Sequence record: OU509535.1
Length of the DNA: 64,000 nt
Direction: 5' to 3' (one strand)
Of the stretch, positions 48,891 to 57,832 are shown one piece after another. Positions within the stretch are counted from its first letter, which is position 1. Each line of letters begins with the position of its first letter. Both the position numbers and the translations under genes were made by a program. A model generated the notes under the pieces. That model was not told the origin of the DNA and did no database searches. It saw only the letters and a list, made by a program, of their open reading frames with translations.

Positions 48891-49955
48891 ATGAAAGAAA
48901 AAGTTTATGTATATATTGGACGTTTCCAAATTCCACATATTGGTCATGAAGAAGTCCTCAAACATGCAATCAAAATTGCAGATCGTGTTATCATTCAGGT
49001 AGGTTCAAGTGAACTGGCTCGTGATCCAAAAAACCCATTCACGTTTGAAGAACGTAAGTCAGTACTAGAAGAAATTACAAAACGTGTAGCTCAAGATGAA
49101 TGGAATAAAGGTCGAACTGTTAAAATCGATATTATGCCATTACATGATTATGTATATGATAATAATGCATGGCTAAAAGAAGTACAGGATAATGTTAAAA
49201 CATGTACTTCAAGTAATGATATTACTATTACCGGTTGTCGTAAAAATGGTGATACCAGTACTGAATATCTTAACTATTTTCCTCAATGGAAAAATGACTT
49301 CATTAACGAAGTACAAAGTAATGCAAAGGGTACTATTAGTAGTACTGAACTACGCGAAGCTTTTTTTGTCTCTGGTAAAGTTCCAACTGAATTTGTTTCA
49401 AAAGAAACAACAGAATTTCTAGAAAATTTTGTCAGTACTAAACCGGATGTATTCGATAATCTTATTAAAGAATATGAATTCATTAATCGTTATATTGAAC
49501 AAATGAAAGAAGCACTACCTTATGATATTCCATTTTTAACAGCAGATAACATCGTCGTCAGTTGTGGTCACGTTCTTCTTATTCGTAGAAGAACATATCC
49601 AGGAAAAGGATTATTAGCTATGCCGGGTGGATATTTTCAATGTTGGGATGATAAAGACCAGATTGATACTGCAATTCGTGAATTAAAAGAAGAAACTAAA
49701 ATCGATGTACCTGAAAAAGTACTTCGTGGTAATATTGTTAGTGCAACAGACTTTACTGACATGAATAGAAGTCTTCGCTGGCGAATTCTAACTAAAGCTG
49801 TTCATATTCAATTACCTGACGTCACTCTACCTAAAGTTAAAGGAAGTGATGATGCAGAAAAAGCTCAGTGGATTCCACTAAGCGATGTAGAAAAATATCG
49901 TGATCAGTTCTTTGAGGACCATTATTCTATTTTGGCTTCAGTACTGAAACTATAA
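48891..49955 (+). CDS. nadM: Bifunctional NMN adenylyltransferase / ADP-ribose pyrophosphatase (NadM-Nudix)
   Basis: GRFQIPHIGH, KNPF, ISSTELR, MPGGY...DTAIRELKEET Nudix box, SDDAEKAQW, FEDH. Confidence 0.92.
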   Translation: MKEKVYVYIGRFQIPHIGHEEVLKHAIKIADRVIIQVGSSELARDPKNPFTFEERKSVLEEITKRVAQDEWNKGRTVKIDIMPLHDYVYDNNAWLKEVQDNVKTCTSSNDITITGCRKNGDTSTEYLNYFPQWKNDFINEVQSNAKGTISSTELREAFFVSGKVPTEFVSKETTEFLENFVSTKPDVFDNLIKEYEFINRYIEQMKEALPYDIPFLTADNIVVSCGHVLLIRRRTYPGKGLLAMPGGYFQCWDDKDQIDTAIRELKEETKIDVPEKVLRGNIVSATDFTDMNRSLRWRILTKAVHIQLPDVTLPKVKGSDDAEKAQWIPLSDVEKYRDQFFEDHYSILASVLKL

Positions 49956-49984
49956 AGAATTATTACACAGAGTAATAATAAATC

Positions 49985-50030
49985 AGAGAACGTAGTAGTT
50001 CTCTAACTTAAACTAAGGGAGTCTTAGAAA
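49985..50030 (+). promoter_or_regulatory. Two-hairpin 5' leader of nadV
   Basis: AGAGAAC/GTTCTCT hairpin then CTAAG-GGAGT-CTTAG enclosing the SD. Confidence 0.5.
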
Positions 50031-51503
50031 ATGAAAAACGTAAATCCAAATGTAAACTTTATTCTAAATGCCGATTCATATAAAGTTGGTCATCGCAAAA
50101 TGCTTCGCAAACATGTTGATGGTTATTACAGTACTATTGTACCTCGTAAAAGCTCTCCACATAGCAACCATGTAGTTGTGGCTGGTTTGCAATACACAAT
50201 TAATACCTATATCAATATTCAGATTACCAAAGAAGATGTTGATGAAGCTGAAATTGAAATTCGTGAACAAGGTTCGCGTTTTGATAGAACTATTTGGGAT
50301 AAAATCGTCAATGAGTTTGGTGGTAAAGTTCCAGTAAAAATTAGTGCTATTAAAGAAGGTACAGTTGTTCCAGTTCAATCAGTAGTTTGTGTTGTTGAAG
50401 CTAAAGATGAGTTTGCATTTTTGGCTAGTTATATTGAAACTTGTATTCAACGTGGTGTATGGTATAGCAGTACTGTAGCATCTGAATGTCGTGCAATGAA
50501 AAAAATTCTTGCTGATGTAATGCAACGTCATGCTGGTCATAAGAATGTAGATTACCATTTCCATAACTTTGGAGATCGTAGTGCAACTTGTTTTGAACAT
50601 GCATATGTAGCTGGTATGGCACATGCAATTATGTTCAATGGTTCGGATAGTTTAACTTCCAATCGTTATATTAAAGCTCACTATAATACTACCAAAGCAT
50701 ATCTGAGTTCAGTTGACGCTACTGAACATAGCGTTATGTGCAGTAATAGTGATGCTGAACATCGCAATGATTATGGTGCAGCAGTAATGGCGGTAGATCA
50801 TTGGGAAGAACAAGTTACAATGTGGGAAGAAGATGGATTAGGTGTACCAGTAACTTCATGTGTTATTGATACTTATAATGATTATCGCTTTGTCCGTGAC
50901 TTTATCGGTACTAAATTAAAAGACCGTATTGTTGAAATTGGCAAACGAGGTGGTCGCTTTGTTCTTCGTCCTGATTCACGAATTCCTAAAGAAATTTGCA
51001 TTGACGTAATCGAAATTCTAATGGAAAAGTTTGGTTATACTATTAACGAACATGGTTACAAAGTACTACCACCATATATTGGAGTAATTCAAGGTGATGG
51101 TGTTAATTTCGATAGTATTCACGAAATTCTAGATATTCTTGATGAAAAGAAATTATCCCTTGAAAACATTGTATTTGGTTGTGGTACCAAATTGGTTAAC
51201 CCTGAACGTGGTCGTGATCTTTATAGTTGGTCAATGAAAGGTACTGCACAACATGTCGAAGACGAACGTGAATGGCAAGACCTATTCAAAGATCCAGCAG
51301 GTGAACCAGGCAAACGTTCACATAAAGGGCGTGTAGTAACCTGGAAATGCAAAGTATCTGGTAAGATTTTTGTTGATCGTGATGATCTTGATAAAGTTAA
51401 TCATTTCATTGAAAATCTACTTGTACCAATGTATGACTGCGGTAAAATTATGAATTTCAGTACTTTTGATGAAGTTCGTGAGCGTGCTAACGCAGGTATC
51501 TAA
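50031..51503 (+). CDS. nadV: Nicotinamide phosphoribosyltransferase (NAMPT)
   Basis: ADSYKVGH, HNFGDRS, ATEHS, VIDTY, LRPDS, IQGDGV, FGCG, KDP..KRSHKG. Confidence 0.93.
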   Translation: MKNVNPNVNFILNADSYKVGHRKMLRKHVDGYYSTIVPRKSSPHSNHVVVAGLQYTINTYINIQITKEDVDEAEIEIREQGSRFDRTIWDKIVNEFGGKVPVKISAIKEGTVVPVQSVVCVVEAKDEFAFLASYIETCIQRGVWYSSTVASECRAMKKILADVMQRHAGHKNVDYHFHNFGDRSATCFEHAYVAGMAHAIMFNGSDSLTSNRYIKAHYNTTKAYLSSVDATEHSVMCSNSDAEHRNDYGAAVMAVDHWEEQVTMWEEDGLGVPVTSCVIDTYNDYRFVRDFIGTKLKDRIVEIGKRGGRFVLRPDSRIPKEICIDVIEILMEKFGYTINEHGYKVLPPYIGVIQGDGVNFDSIHEILDILDEKKLSLENIVFGCGTKLVNPERGRDLYSWSMKGTAQHVEDEREWQDLFKDPAGEPGKRSHKGRVVTWKCKVSGKIFVDRDDLDKVNHFIENLLVPMYDCGKIMNFSTFDEVRERANAGI

Positions 51504-51510
51504 TATATTT

Positions 51511-51540
51511 TGGAGAGTCATTATGGCTCTCCATTCTTTT
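51511..51540 (+). terminator. Intrinsic terminator
   Basis: TGGAGAGTCA-tta-TGGCTCTCCA then TTCTTTT. Confidence 0.7.
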
Positions 51541-51566
51541 TAATTAAAGTAATAAAGGTATATAAT

Positions 51567-51743
51567 GTGTTTATTGGTTTTAAAATAGTTATTATCTTCT
51601 TTATATGGTTTATTACATATCAAATAATTGAAGAAATCAGTACTAATTTCTCTTCAGATAATATCTTAGTAGACGTTTGTTTATTATCGATTGCAGTACT
51701 GGGATTTTTGATCATACCATTTATATTTTCATATTTTATATGA
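51567..51743 (+). CDS. Small membrane protein
   Basis: GTG start after AAGG; two hydrophobic segments. Confidence 0.5.
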   Translation: MFIGFKIVIIFFIWFITYQIIEEISTNFSSDNILVDVCLLSIAVLGFLIIPFIFSYFI

Positions 51744-51749
51744 AAAATG

Positions 51750-51778
51750 TTGACATTTTTTTCTTCATAAGATATAGT
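51750..51778 (+). promoter_or_regulatory. sigma70-type promoter
   Basis: TTGACA-17 nt-TATAGT. Confidence 0.75.
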
Positions 51779-51811
51779 ATAGATATCAACAATTAATAAC
51801 GGATATCAAAA

Positions 51812-52078
51812 ATGTTCCAACATCTTTTGGATTTTTTCTGTACCGTAAACATTGAAAAACAAGCTAAGTTCATTATTGCAGAACTGGTATGGTTTTACTT
51901 AGGTGGCCTGGTAATTACAATGTGTGCATTTTTACATAGTGATATTAATCTTGGTATTTCCTATGCAAAAAGTGAGAATAAATCATCATTACTACTCAAG
52001 TTTATTAGATGTTTATTGTACTTAGCGTATATCTTATATATTGTTGGATTTTTTGGTGTATATTATGTAATTCATTAG
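51812..52078 (+). CDS. Small membrane protein
   Basis: Two hydrophobic segments. Confidence 0.7.
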   Translation: MFQHLLDFFCTVNIEKQAKFIIAELVWFYLGGLVITMCAFLHSDINLGISYAKSENKSSLLLKFIRCLLYLAYILYIVGFFGVYYVIH

Positions 52079-52088
52079 GAATCGATTG

Positions 52089-52826
52089 ATGATTAGTACT
52101 AAATTCATTAAAAAAGCTGGTGATAAAAGATTACTAATCATTTCTGGAAATGGATTGTCAATAGAGAGTGGTTTTGATTTATATGATATTCCTGATAATT
52201 TTCAGATAAATGATGTATGTAATATTGCCAGTTTAGGTACAAAATATCACGTAGTTCATTCTTATTATAATACTCTTAGAGTTAAATTAAAAGATATTGA
52301 ACCAAACGAAATGCATTACTATATTAAATCATTACAAGATGAGTATGGTGATAACTTTTTACACATGACCAGTAATGTAGATGATTTATATACAAGAATT
52401 GGTGGCACTGAATTAAAATTGCATGGTAATATTAAAGAGGTTATAGAAAACTACACCGCTGATGGTTCTGAAATAGAAATAAAAGAATTAGGTTATGAAC
52501 CATATATTCCATGTAGTGGTATTTTTTCTAAACCCGGTGTTACATTAATTGGTGAGTTCCATAGTTATTTTTATGGATATAAAACCCCAATTTATGAAGA
52601 ACGAAATGAAATACTAAAATCATTAAATGAAAATGATACTGTAGTAGTAATTGGAAGTTCTGATTCAGTACTGAAATGGAGCCATTTAATAAATGAGAAA
52701 TGTTACACAGTACTAATCAATATAAGAAAAAATGAAAACGATCATCGTTTCAATGAACGAATTTATAAATCTTGTTCCAAATCTGTATTAGATTTATCTG
52801 GAATAATTTCAAAAAGGATGATATAG
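52089..52826 (+). CDS. Divergent Sir2/sirtuin-family protein
   Basis: ISGNGLSIESG, TSNVDDL..R.G, KLHGNI, KPGVTLIGE, VVIGSS. Confidence 0.8.
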   Translation: MISTKFIKKAGDKRLLIISGNGLSIESGFDLYDIPDNFQINDVCNIASLGTKYHVVHSYYNTLRVKLKDIEPNEMHYYIKSLQDEYGDNFLHMTSNVDDLYTRIGGTELKLHGNIKEVIENYTADGSEIEIKELGYEPYIPCSGIFSKPGVTLIGEFHSYFYGYKTPIYEERNEILKSLNENDTVVVIGSSDSVLKWSHLINEKCYTVLINIRKNENDHRFNERIYKSCSKSVLDLSGIISKRMI

Positions 52827-53380
52827 TGGAAAAAATTGATTTCGGTAAAAGAAGTACCAGAGCCGATTTTGCTTTTTGTTGGATTTTTGCCAGAGATTGT
52901 ACTCCATACTCTGGATATGATGATCAACTTGGAATTGATAAAGTAAATTTAGTACTAGCACAATTACGTTTTGATGGTTGCATTGGGGCGTGTGGTGGTA
53001 TGGTGGAAAGTGATGATAAATCATTAGAAGAAGCTGTACAGCGTGAAGTACTGGAAGAAATTGGTTATACTGTTGATTTAACACATTTAAAACCACTTCT
53101 AAGTTTGCGTTTACCATCAGGCAGCCATTGTCATAGCTATAGTTATGAAGTTGATTACAATGAATTACAAAGCATTAGAGATGGTGCTTATAGAGGAATG
53201 CATTTCAATCCAGAATGTGCTGGTGTGAATCTTTTACATATTTCAAGATACACAAAAGGTTATGGAAATGAATGTGGATATAATGTATTATTAGAACAAC
53301 ACTGGAGTGGTACATCAAAAGAAGAATTTATGTACCTTGTAGAGACAGAAAATCTATTAATTAGTTATTTGAAGGAATGA
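52826..53380 (+). CDS. Nudix hydrolase
   Basis: Nudix box GGMVESDDKSLEEAVQREVLEEIG; GTG start after AAGGA. Confidence 0.85.
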   Translation: MEKIDFGKRSTRADFAFCWIFARDCTPYSGYDDQLGIDKVNLVLAQLRFDGCIGACGGMVESDDKSLEEAVQREVLEEIGYTVDLTHLKPLLSLRLPSGSHCHSYSYEVDYNELQSIRDGAYRGMHFNPECAGVNLLHISRYTKGYGNECGYNVLLEQHWSGTSKEEFMYLVETENLLISYLKE

Positions 53381-53712
53381 TAATGGGATACCAGTTATTT
53401 TTAGATGATATTCGTGACCCATCAAAATATTATAGTACTGAAATGGTACTATGTAGATCTTATGATGAAGCTGTCAAATATGTAGAAGAACATGGAATTC
53501 CAGAATTTATCAGTTTTGACCATGACCTTGGAGATACTTCTGATAATGAAAAAACTGGTTATTCATTTGCTAAATTTTTGATTGATTATATGATTGATAA
53601 TGGTATCAGTACTGAATTCAAATATAATATTCATAGCTCAAATCCAGTAGGTGCAGATAATATCGATTCTTATCTAAAAGCTGGTTTTAAATATCTAAGA
53701 GAAAATATGTAA
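53377..53712 (+). CDS. Cyclic-phosphate-processing receiver-like domain protein
   Basis: LFLDDIRDP, ISFDHDLG, TGY, IHSSNPVG. Confidence 0.75.
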   Translation: MIMGYQLFLDDIRDPSKYYSTEMVLCRSYDEAVKYVEEHGIPEFISFDHDLGDTSDNEKTGYSFAKFLIDYMIDNGISTEFKYNIHSSNPVGADNIDSYLKAGFKYLRENM

Positions 53713-54035
53713 TGAGTATTAGTAATCATATTTTTGCATGTTTTATTAGTATATGCATATGTTCTGTTGTTGGTGGATTGTGGTATAATTCAATGAGGTA
53801 CGAAAAACACAATATTAGATATAATTCAGTTAAAGTTGTTGGTATTGGTCAATGTTCTAATAAAAGAAAAAGTTCGAGTGCCGAGTGTGCTTTTTGGTAC
53901 AAAGATGGAAATTCTACGCAATTTGCAATTTCAGATAATCCAGTTTCAATTGGTCAAATTGTTTATCAAATGTGCTGGACAGAAAAGGCTCGTGGTGATA
54001 GATGTTATGTAAATTACCAAACGAGTAAGCAGTAA
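53712..54035 (+). CDS. Membrane-anchored hypothetical protein
   Basis: N-terminal TM, Cys-containing periplasmic part. Confidence 0.7.
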   Translation: MSISNHIFACFISICICSVVGGLWYNSMRYEKHNIRYNSVKVVGIGQCSNKRKSSSAECAFWYKDGNSTQFAISDNPVSIGQIVYQMCWTEKARGDRCYVNYQTSKQ

Positions 54036-54110
54036 AAAAGTTGTATTTTAGCAGTTCTAAATACATATGAGAGTCTAAAGATACTCTCCCCTAACAAATA
54101 AGGATATTTT

Positions 54111-55556
54111 ATGTCGAATTATCTACTAGACACAAACATTGTTTTGGCAGACCCACAGTCAGTTGTTGCATTTGATGGACATACTGTAATTATTCCATTC
54201 ACAGTACTACAAGAACTGGATAATATCAAATCAAAAACACTTGATATTTCTAAAGATGCCAGAGTAGCAATTCGTTTAGTTGAAAGTATTATTAAAGATT
54301 CTTCATATGAAGATATTAGTATTAATGGTGTTGATTTAACAAAGACCCATCGTTTTCTTAGTCCAGGTAGTAAACTACGTATTGTCACAGAAGAACAAGT
54401 AAATAAACTAATTCATGATAAGGAACTTGAGTTAGATTATAAATCCCTGATCGAAAGTACTGTACCGGATGATAAGATTATTCTTTCCGCAGCAGCGACT
54501 GATTCAGTTTTGGTTAGCCGTGATATCAACGCCCGCCTGAAGGCTATGAGTTTTGGTATTGAAGTGCAAGATTACCGCCACGATAAGGTAATCGACGATA
54601 CCGATTACATGCATAATGGGTCTCATGAATTAGATTTTGATTTCTGGAAAACCTTAGAAACAATTGATGGAATTGATATCACAAGTAATCAGGAAGGCAA
54701 GCGTTTATATCATTATATTCCAGTACTACAAATCGAACACCTAATGCCAGAAAATCTATATCCAGGTGATTACATCTATGACAACGATGAAGGTGATGTA
54801 TTATTTGTATATCATGGTATTGCAGATCGTGAAATGCAGGACGGTAGTACTGAAGGAGTTGCTTATTATAAATTTGAAGATATTGGCAAATCCAAAGCAA
54901 TGAAACTAAAAGCATGGGACATTAAGCCTAAGAATCTTCATCAGGCAATGTGTATGCAAGCACTAATGGATAATGAAGTAGAATTGGTAATTATTCTTGG
55001 TCCAGCAGGGTCTGGTAAAACTCTTCTAACTACAGCATGTGCATTAGAACAAACAATGGAAAAACCAGCATACAACCAAATTGTATATACTCGTTCACAG
55101 GAAGATTTGGGGCGTGATACTGGATTTTTACCTGGTAATTTGCATGACAAACTAGCTCCGTGGTGTGGTGCAATTTTTGATAGTTTAGATTACTTACACA
55201 AAGACGATAAAGATCCGAAAGGAAGTATTGAATATATTTTCGAAAAACAACTTATTACTCTACAAAGTCTAAACTATGTTCGCGGGCGTTCTTACCAAAG
55301 TACTTTTTTGATCTGTGATGAGTATCAAGATCTGACTGCACATATGAGCAAGTCTTTGACTACTCGTATTGCACAGACTTCAAAGAAAGTTGCATTGGGG
55401 AACCTCAAACAACAAGACTCAAAATATCTAACAGCAAATAGTAGTGGTCTAACATATTTGGTTGAAATTATGAAACATTATTCTAACTGTCGAATTATTC
55501 AGTTAGAGGGTGTACAACGCGGTGGGCTGGCTGAGTACGCAGAAGAAAATATGTAA
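54111..55556 (+). CDS. phoH: PIN-PhoH ATPase/RNase (PhoH2 type)
   Basis: PIN LLDTN, VLQELD, DDKI, SRDIN; P-loop GPAGSGKT, GFLPG, RGRS, DEYQ. Confidence 0.92.
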   Translation: MSNYLLDTNIVLADPQSVVAFDGHTVIIPFTVLQELDNIKSKTLDISKDARVAIRLVESIIKDSSYEDISINGVDLTKTHRFLSPGSKLRIVTEEQVNKLIHDKELELDYKSLIESTVPDDKIILSAAATDSVLVSRDINARLKAMSFGIEVQDYRHDKVIDDTDYMHNGSHELDFDFWKTLETIDGIDITSNQEGKRLYHYIPVLQIEHLMPENLYPGDYIYDNDEGDVLFVYHGIADREMQDGSTEGVAYYKFEDIGKSKAMKLKAWDIKPKNLHQAMCMQALMDNEVELVIILGPAGSGKTLLTTACALEQTMEKPAYNQIVYTRSQEDLGRDTGFLPGNLHDKLAPWCGAIFDSLDYLHKDDKDPKGSIEYIFEKQLITLQSLNYVRGRSYQSTFLICDEYQDLTAHMSKSLTTRIAQTSKKVALGNLKQQDSKYLTANSSGLTYLVEIMKHYSNCRIIQLEGVQRGGLAEYAEENM

Positions 55557-55561
55557 TACCA

Positions 55562-55597
55562 AAAAATGGTAGTACTGGTTAAAGTACTACCATTTTT
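55562..55597 (+). terminator. Intrinsic terminator built on two AGTACT sites
   Basis: AAAAATGGTAGTACT-ggttaa-AGTACTACCATTTTT, 15-bp stem. Confidence 0.85.
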
Positions 55598-55624
55598 ATA
55601 TAAAGGGATTTTTATATAAAGGGA
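55593..55624 (+). repeat. 16-bp tandem direct repeat at endonuclease gene boundary
   Basis: TTTTTATATAAAGGGA x2 (55593-55608, 55609-55624). Confidence 0.85.
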
Positions 55625-55629
55625 TTTTT

Positions 55630-56949
55630 ATGAAAGTATCAATGTTATATTACATAGATCCAAAAATAAAAGAAGTAATCGAATTATCAAAAACGAATAA
55701 TGCATTAGAAATAACAAAAAGAATATTTCGAGATAAGTATAGTCATTGGTTAGATGTAGATAATTTGGATTTTAAAAATTTACTACAAGATGAATTTTGT
55801 ATTGACAATATAATTGGATATACAAGACACCCAACAAGAAATAAAATGTATTTCAAGTTATGTGATATATGCTCTAAAAACATTGAAATGAATGGGCTTG
55901 GAATATATTTGTTTTCTAAAAAAGATATCAAGAGTGGCGTTAAGTGCTGTAATTGTTCAAAATCAACAAAATACACACATTATCAAAATATTATCAGATT
56001 TAATAAAATAGCATTACTTAATAATTTAGAATTGTTAAATTACAATCACAGTTCTAAAATCATAACTTACATATGCAATAAAAACAACCATAAAATTGTA
56101 CAATCATCTAAAGTTGATTATTTTTTAGTATTAAAACATTTTTGTAAAAAATGCATTTTTGAGAATAAATCAAAAACACACTCTGTTGATGATGAAATAC
56201 ACATAAAAGAATTCATGAGTACTGGTAATTTTCTAGAAGGAACTAAGTTCTGGCGTTCAGATAGAAGAACTACAAGTGGGTTATTAAATTTCTGGTATTA
56301 TGAATGCCCCAAATGTTCATATGATGAGTATGTACAAAATGGATTATGCGATGGTAAATTTGAAGTTAATATTGGTAATTTAAAATTAGGAAATCGTGCA
56401 TGTAGATGTGAAAGTAGATACAGATGGACACAGGATCAAAGAGAATACCAATTAAATAAAAACTTATCTTCAAGAAATATTACACAAAAATTTCTGTACT
56501 GGGATAATGGTTTTTATGAAAATGCATTTAGTTATGCATGGGTGGAGTGTTCTATACCTGAACATGAGAATTACAAAAGTACATGTGACAATCTTCTTAG
56601 GGGTAGAGGGTGTGGGCAGTGTCGTGGTCATTCACAGCGACAGTGTTACATTAATTTAGTACTTGACAATGATATTCCAATTGCGTTAAAATATGGCATT
56701 GCAGTTGAACATGAATCTAGAGTACAAAATCAATGTAAAAAATCAATATATGATATAAAAAATTATGGTGTATGGGAATTTGATGGTGTATACTCATGCA
56801 AATCAGCAGAATCTGAGTGTAAGAGGACATTTACCAGAGTACTGGAAAAACGAGAAATGCAAGATGGCTTTACTGAAACCACCGAAGTTTTAAATCTAAA
56901 TAAAATTATTGAGATTTATGAAAATTGGGGTGGTATTCGTATAAAATAA
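55630..56949 (+). CDS. Putative free-standing homing endonuclease, copy 2 (N-terminally extended)
   Basis: Extra Cys clusters, then CPKC, CRC, GCGQC, YINLV...LKYGIA; paralog of 43003..43827. Confidence 0.6.
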   Translation: MKVSMLYYIDPKIKEVIELSKTNNALEITKRIFRDKYSHWLDVDNLDFKNLLQDEFCIDNIIGYTRHPTRNKMYFKLCDICSKNIEMNGLGIYLFSKKDIKSGVKCCNCSKSTKYTHYQNIIRFNKIALLNNLELLNYNHSSKIITYICNKNNHKIVQSSKVDYFLVLKHFCKKCIFENKSKTHSVDDEIHIKEFMSTGNFLEGTKFWRSDRRTTSGLLNFWYYECPKCSYDEYVQNGLCDGKFEVNIGNLKLGNRACRCESRYRWTQDQREYQLNKNLSSRNITQKFLYWDNGFYENAFSYAWVECSIPEHENYKSTCDNLLRGRGCGQCRGHSQRQCYINLVLDNDIPIALKYGIAVEHESRVQNQCKKSIYDIKNYGVWEFDGVYSCKSAESECKRTFTRVLEKREMQDGFTETTEVLNLNKIIEIYENWGGIRIK

Positions 56950-56971
56950 TATATTTGGGGATAACTCTATT

Positions 56972-57427
56972 TTGAAATCATTTAAATTATATAATTCAGA
57001 AAATACAAATGAATGGACATGGGTCATTGATGATAATGAATTCATTTATCTATTAGTTGAGATTTTTGGATTTATGAAAATGAAATACAATGGTGATGGT
57101 GATAAAACATTAGATACTTCATACAGTTGGGTTGATGACCCAAATGAAGAAGAATATCCAGAAATTTATCAAGAATTATTGAATTTGTGGAAAAATGAAC
57201 ACCCACCAGAGAAAGAAAATTCAATGCTTGAAATGCTAAATGAACGTTGTAATGATGATTCACCTGGAATTCCAGTACTCGGGGATACATTAGAACAAAT
57301 CAAAGAATGCATGTCAGCGATGATGGATTCAAGATATGGTGATAATGGATATCCACAAACATGGCAAGAATTTGAAGATTGGAAAATTAAAAATAATTGG
57401 AAATTTGAAAAAATAGTTGACAAATGA
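56972..57427 (+). CDS. Acidic hypothetical protein
   Basis: TTG start after GGGGA, 151 aa. Confidence 0.7.
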   Translation: MKSFKLYNSENTNEWTWVIDDNEFIYLLVEIFGFMKMKYNGDGDKTLDTSYSWVDDPNEEEYPEIYQELLNLWKNEHPPEKENSMLEMLNERCNDDSPGIPVLGDTLEQIKECMSAMMDSRYGDNGYPQTWQEFEDWKIKNNWKFEKIVDK

Positions 57428-57445
57428 TTTAAAATCACCTATAAT
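57417..57445 (+). promoter_or_regulatory. Consensus sigma70 promoter
   Basis: TTGACA-17 nt-TATAAT. Confidence 0.85.
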
Positions 57446-57492
57446 AATCTCATCAACACGAAACACAGAAACAATAAAAGAGGAAATAAAAA

Positions 57493-57789
57493 ATGGCTAA
57501 ACAAGCAAAGAAAAAAGTTCAAGAAGCTCCAGTTAAAGTTAAAAAAGCAAAAACCGAAAAACTGTCCAAAGAAGAACGCGTAAGTGCACTGTACAAAGCC
57601 GAAGCACAAACAACTCTCCAAACCCTACGTAAGAAAGGTGTGCTGACCCGCCGCCAACAACGCATGATTGCGTACACAAAAGGTCTTGGTGGTGTCAAAG
57701 GTGTACCACTGGTAAATACCTATGAAGTGGAGAAAAAAGGCGACAAAAAAGTTGTAGTTCACAAACTCCAACAATGGCATCGTATCTAA
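57493..57789 (+). CDS. Lys-rich small protein, probably highly expressed
   Basis: AGAGGA SD; 98 aa, very basic; CGT/CTG/GGT codons. Confidence 0.8.
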   Translation: MAKQAKKKVQEAPVKVKKAKTEKLSKEERVSALYKAEAQTTLQTLRKKGVLTRRQQRMIAYTKGLGGVKGVPLVNTYEVEKKGDKKVVVHKLQQWHRI

Positions 57790-57832
57790 TATAATTTTAT
57801 AGTACTGTAATTATATTACAATACTTCACATC

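Noticed and set aside
51510-51566. TTG start of ORF 51510..51743
   Set aside because: It falls inside the nadV terminator hairpin; GTG51567 with an AAGG SD is more plausible.
36822-57495. Near-identical leaders ATAAAAGAGGAAATAAAAA(A)TG at 36840 and 57493
   Set aside because: Explained as an optimal A-rich SD context for highly expressed genes; no extra structure seen.
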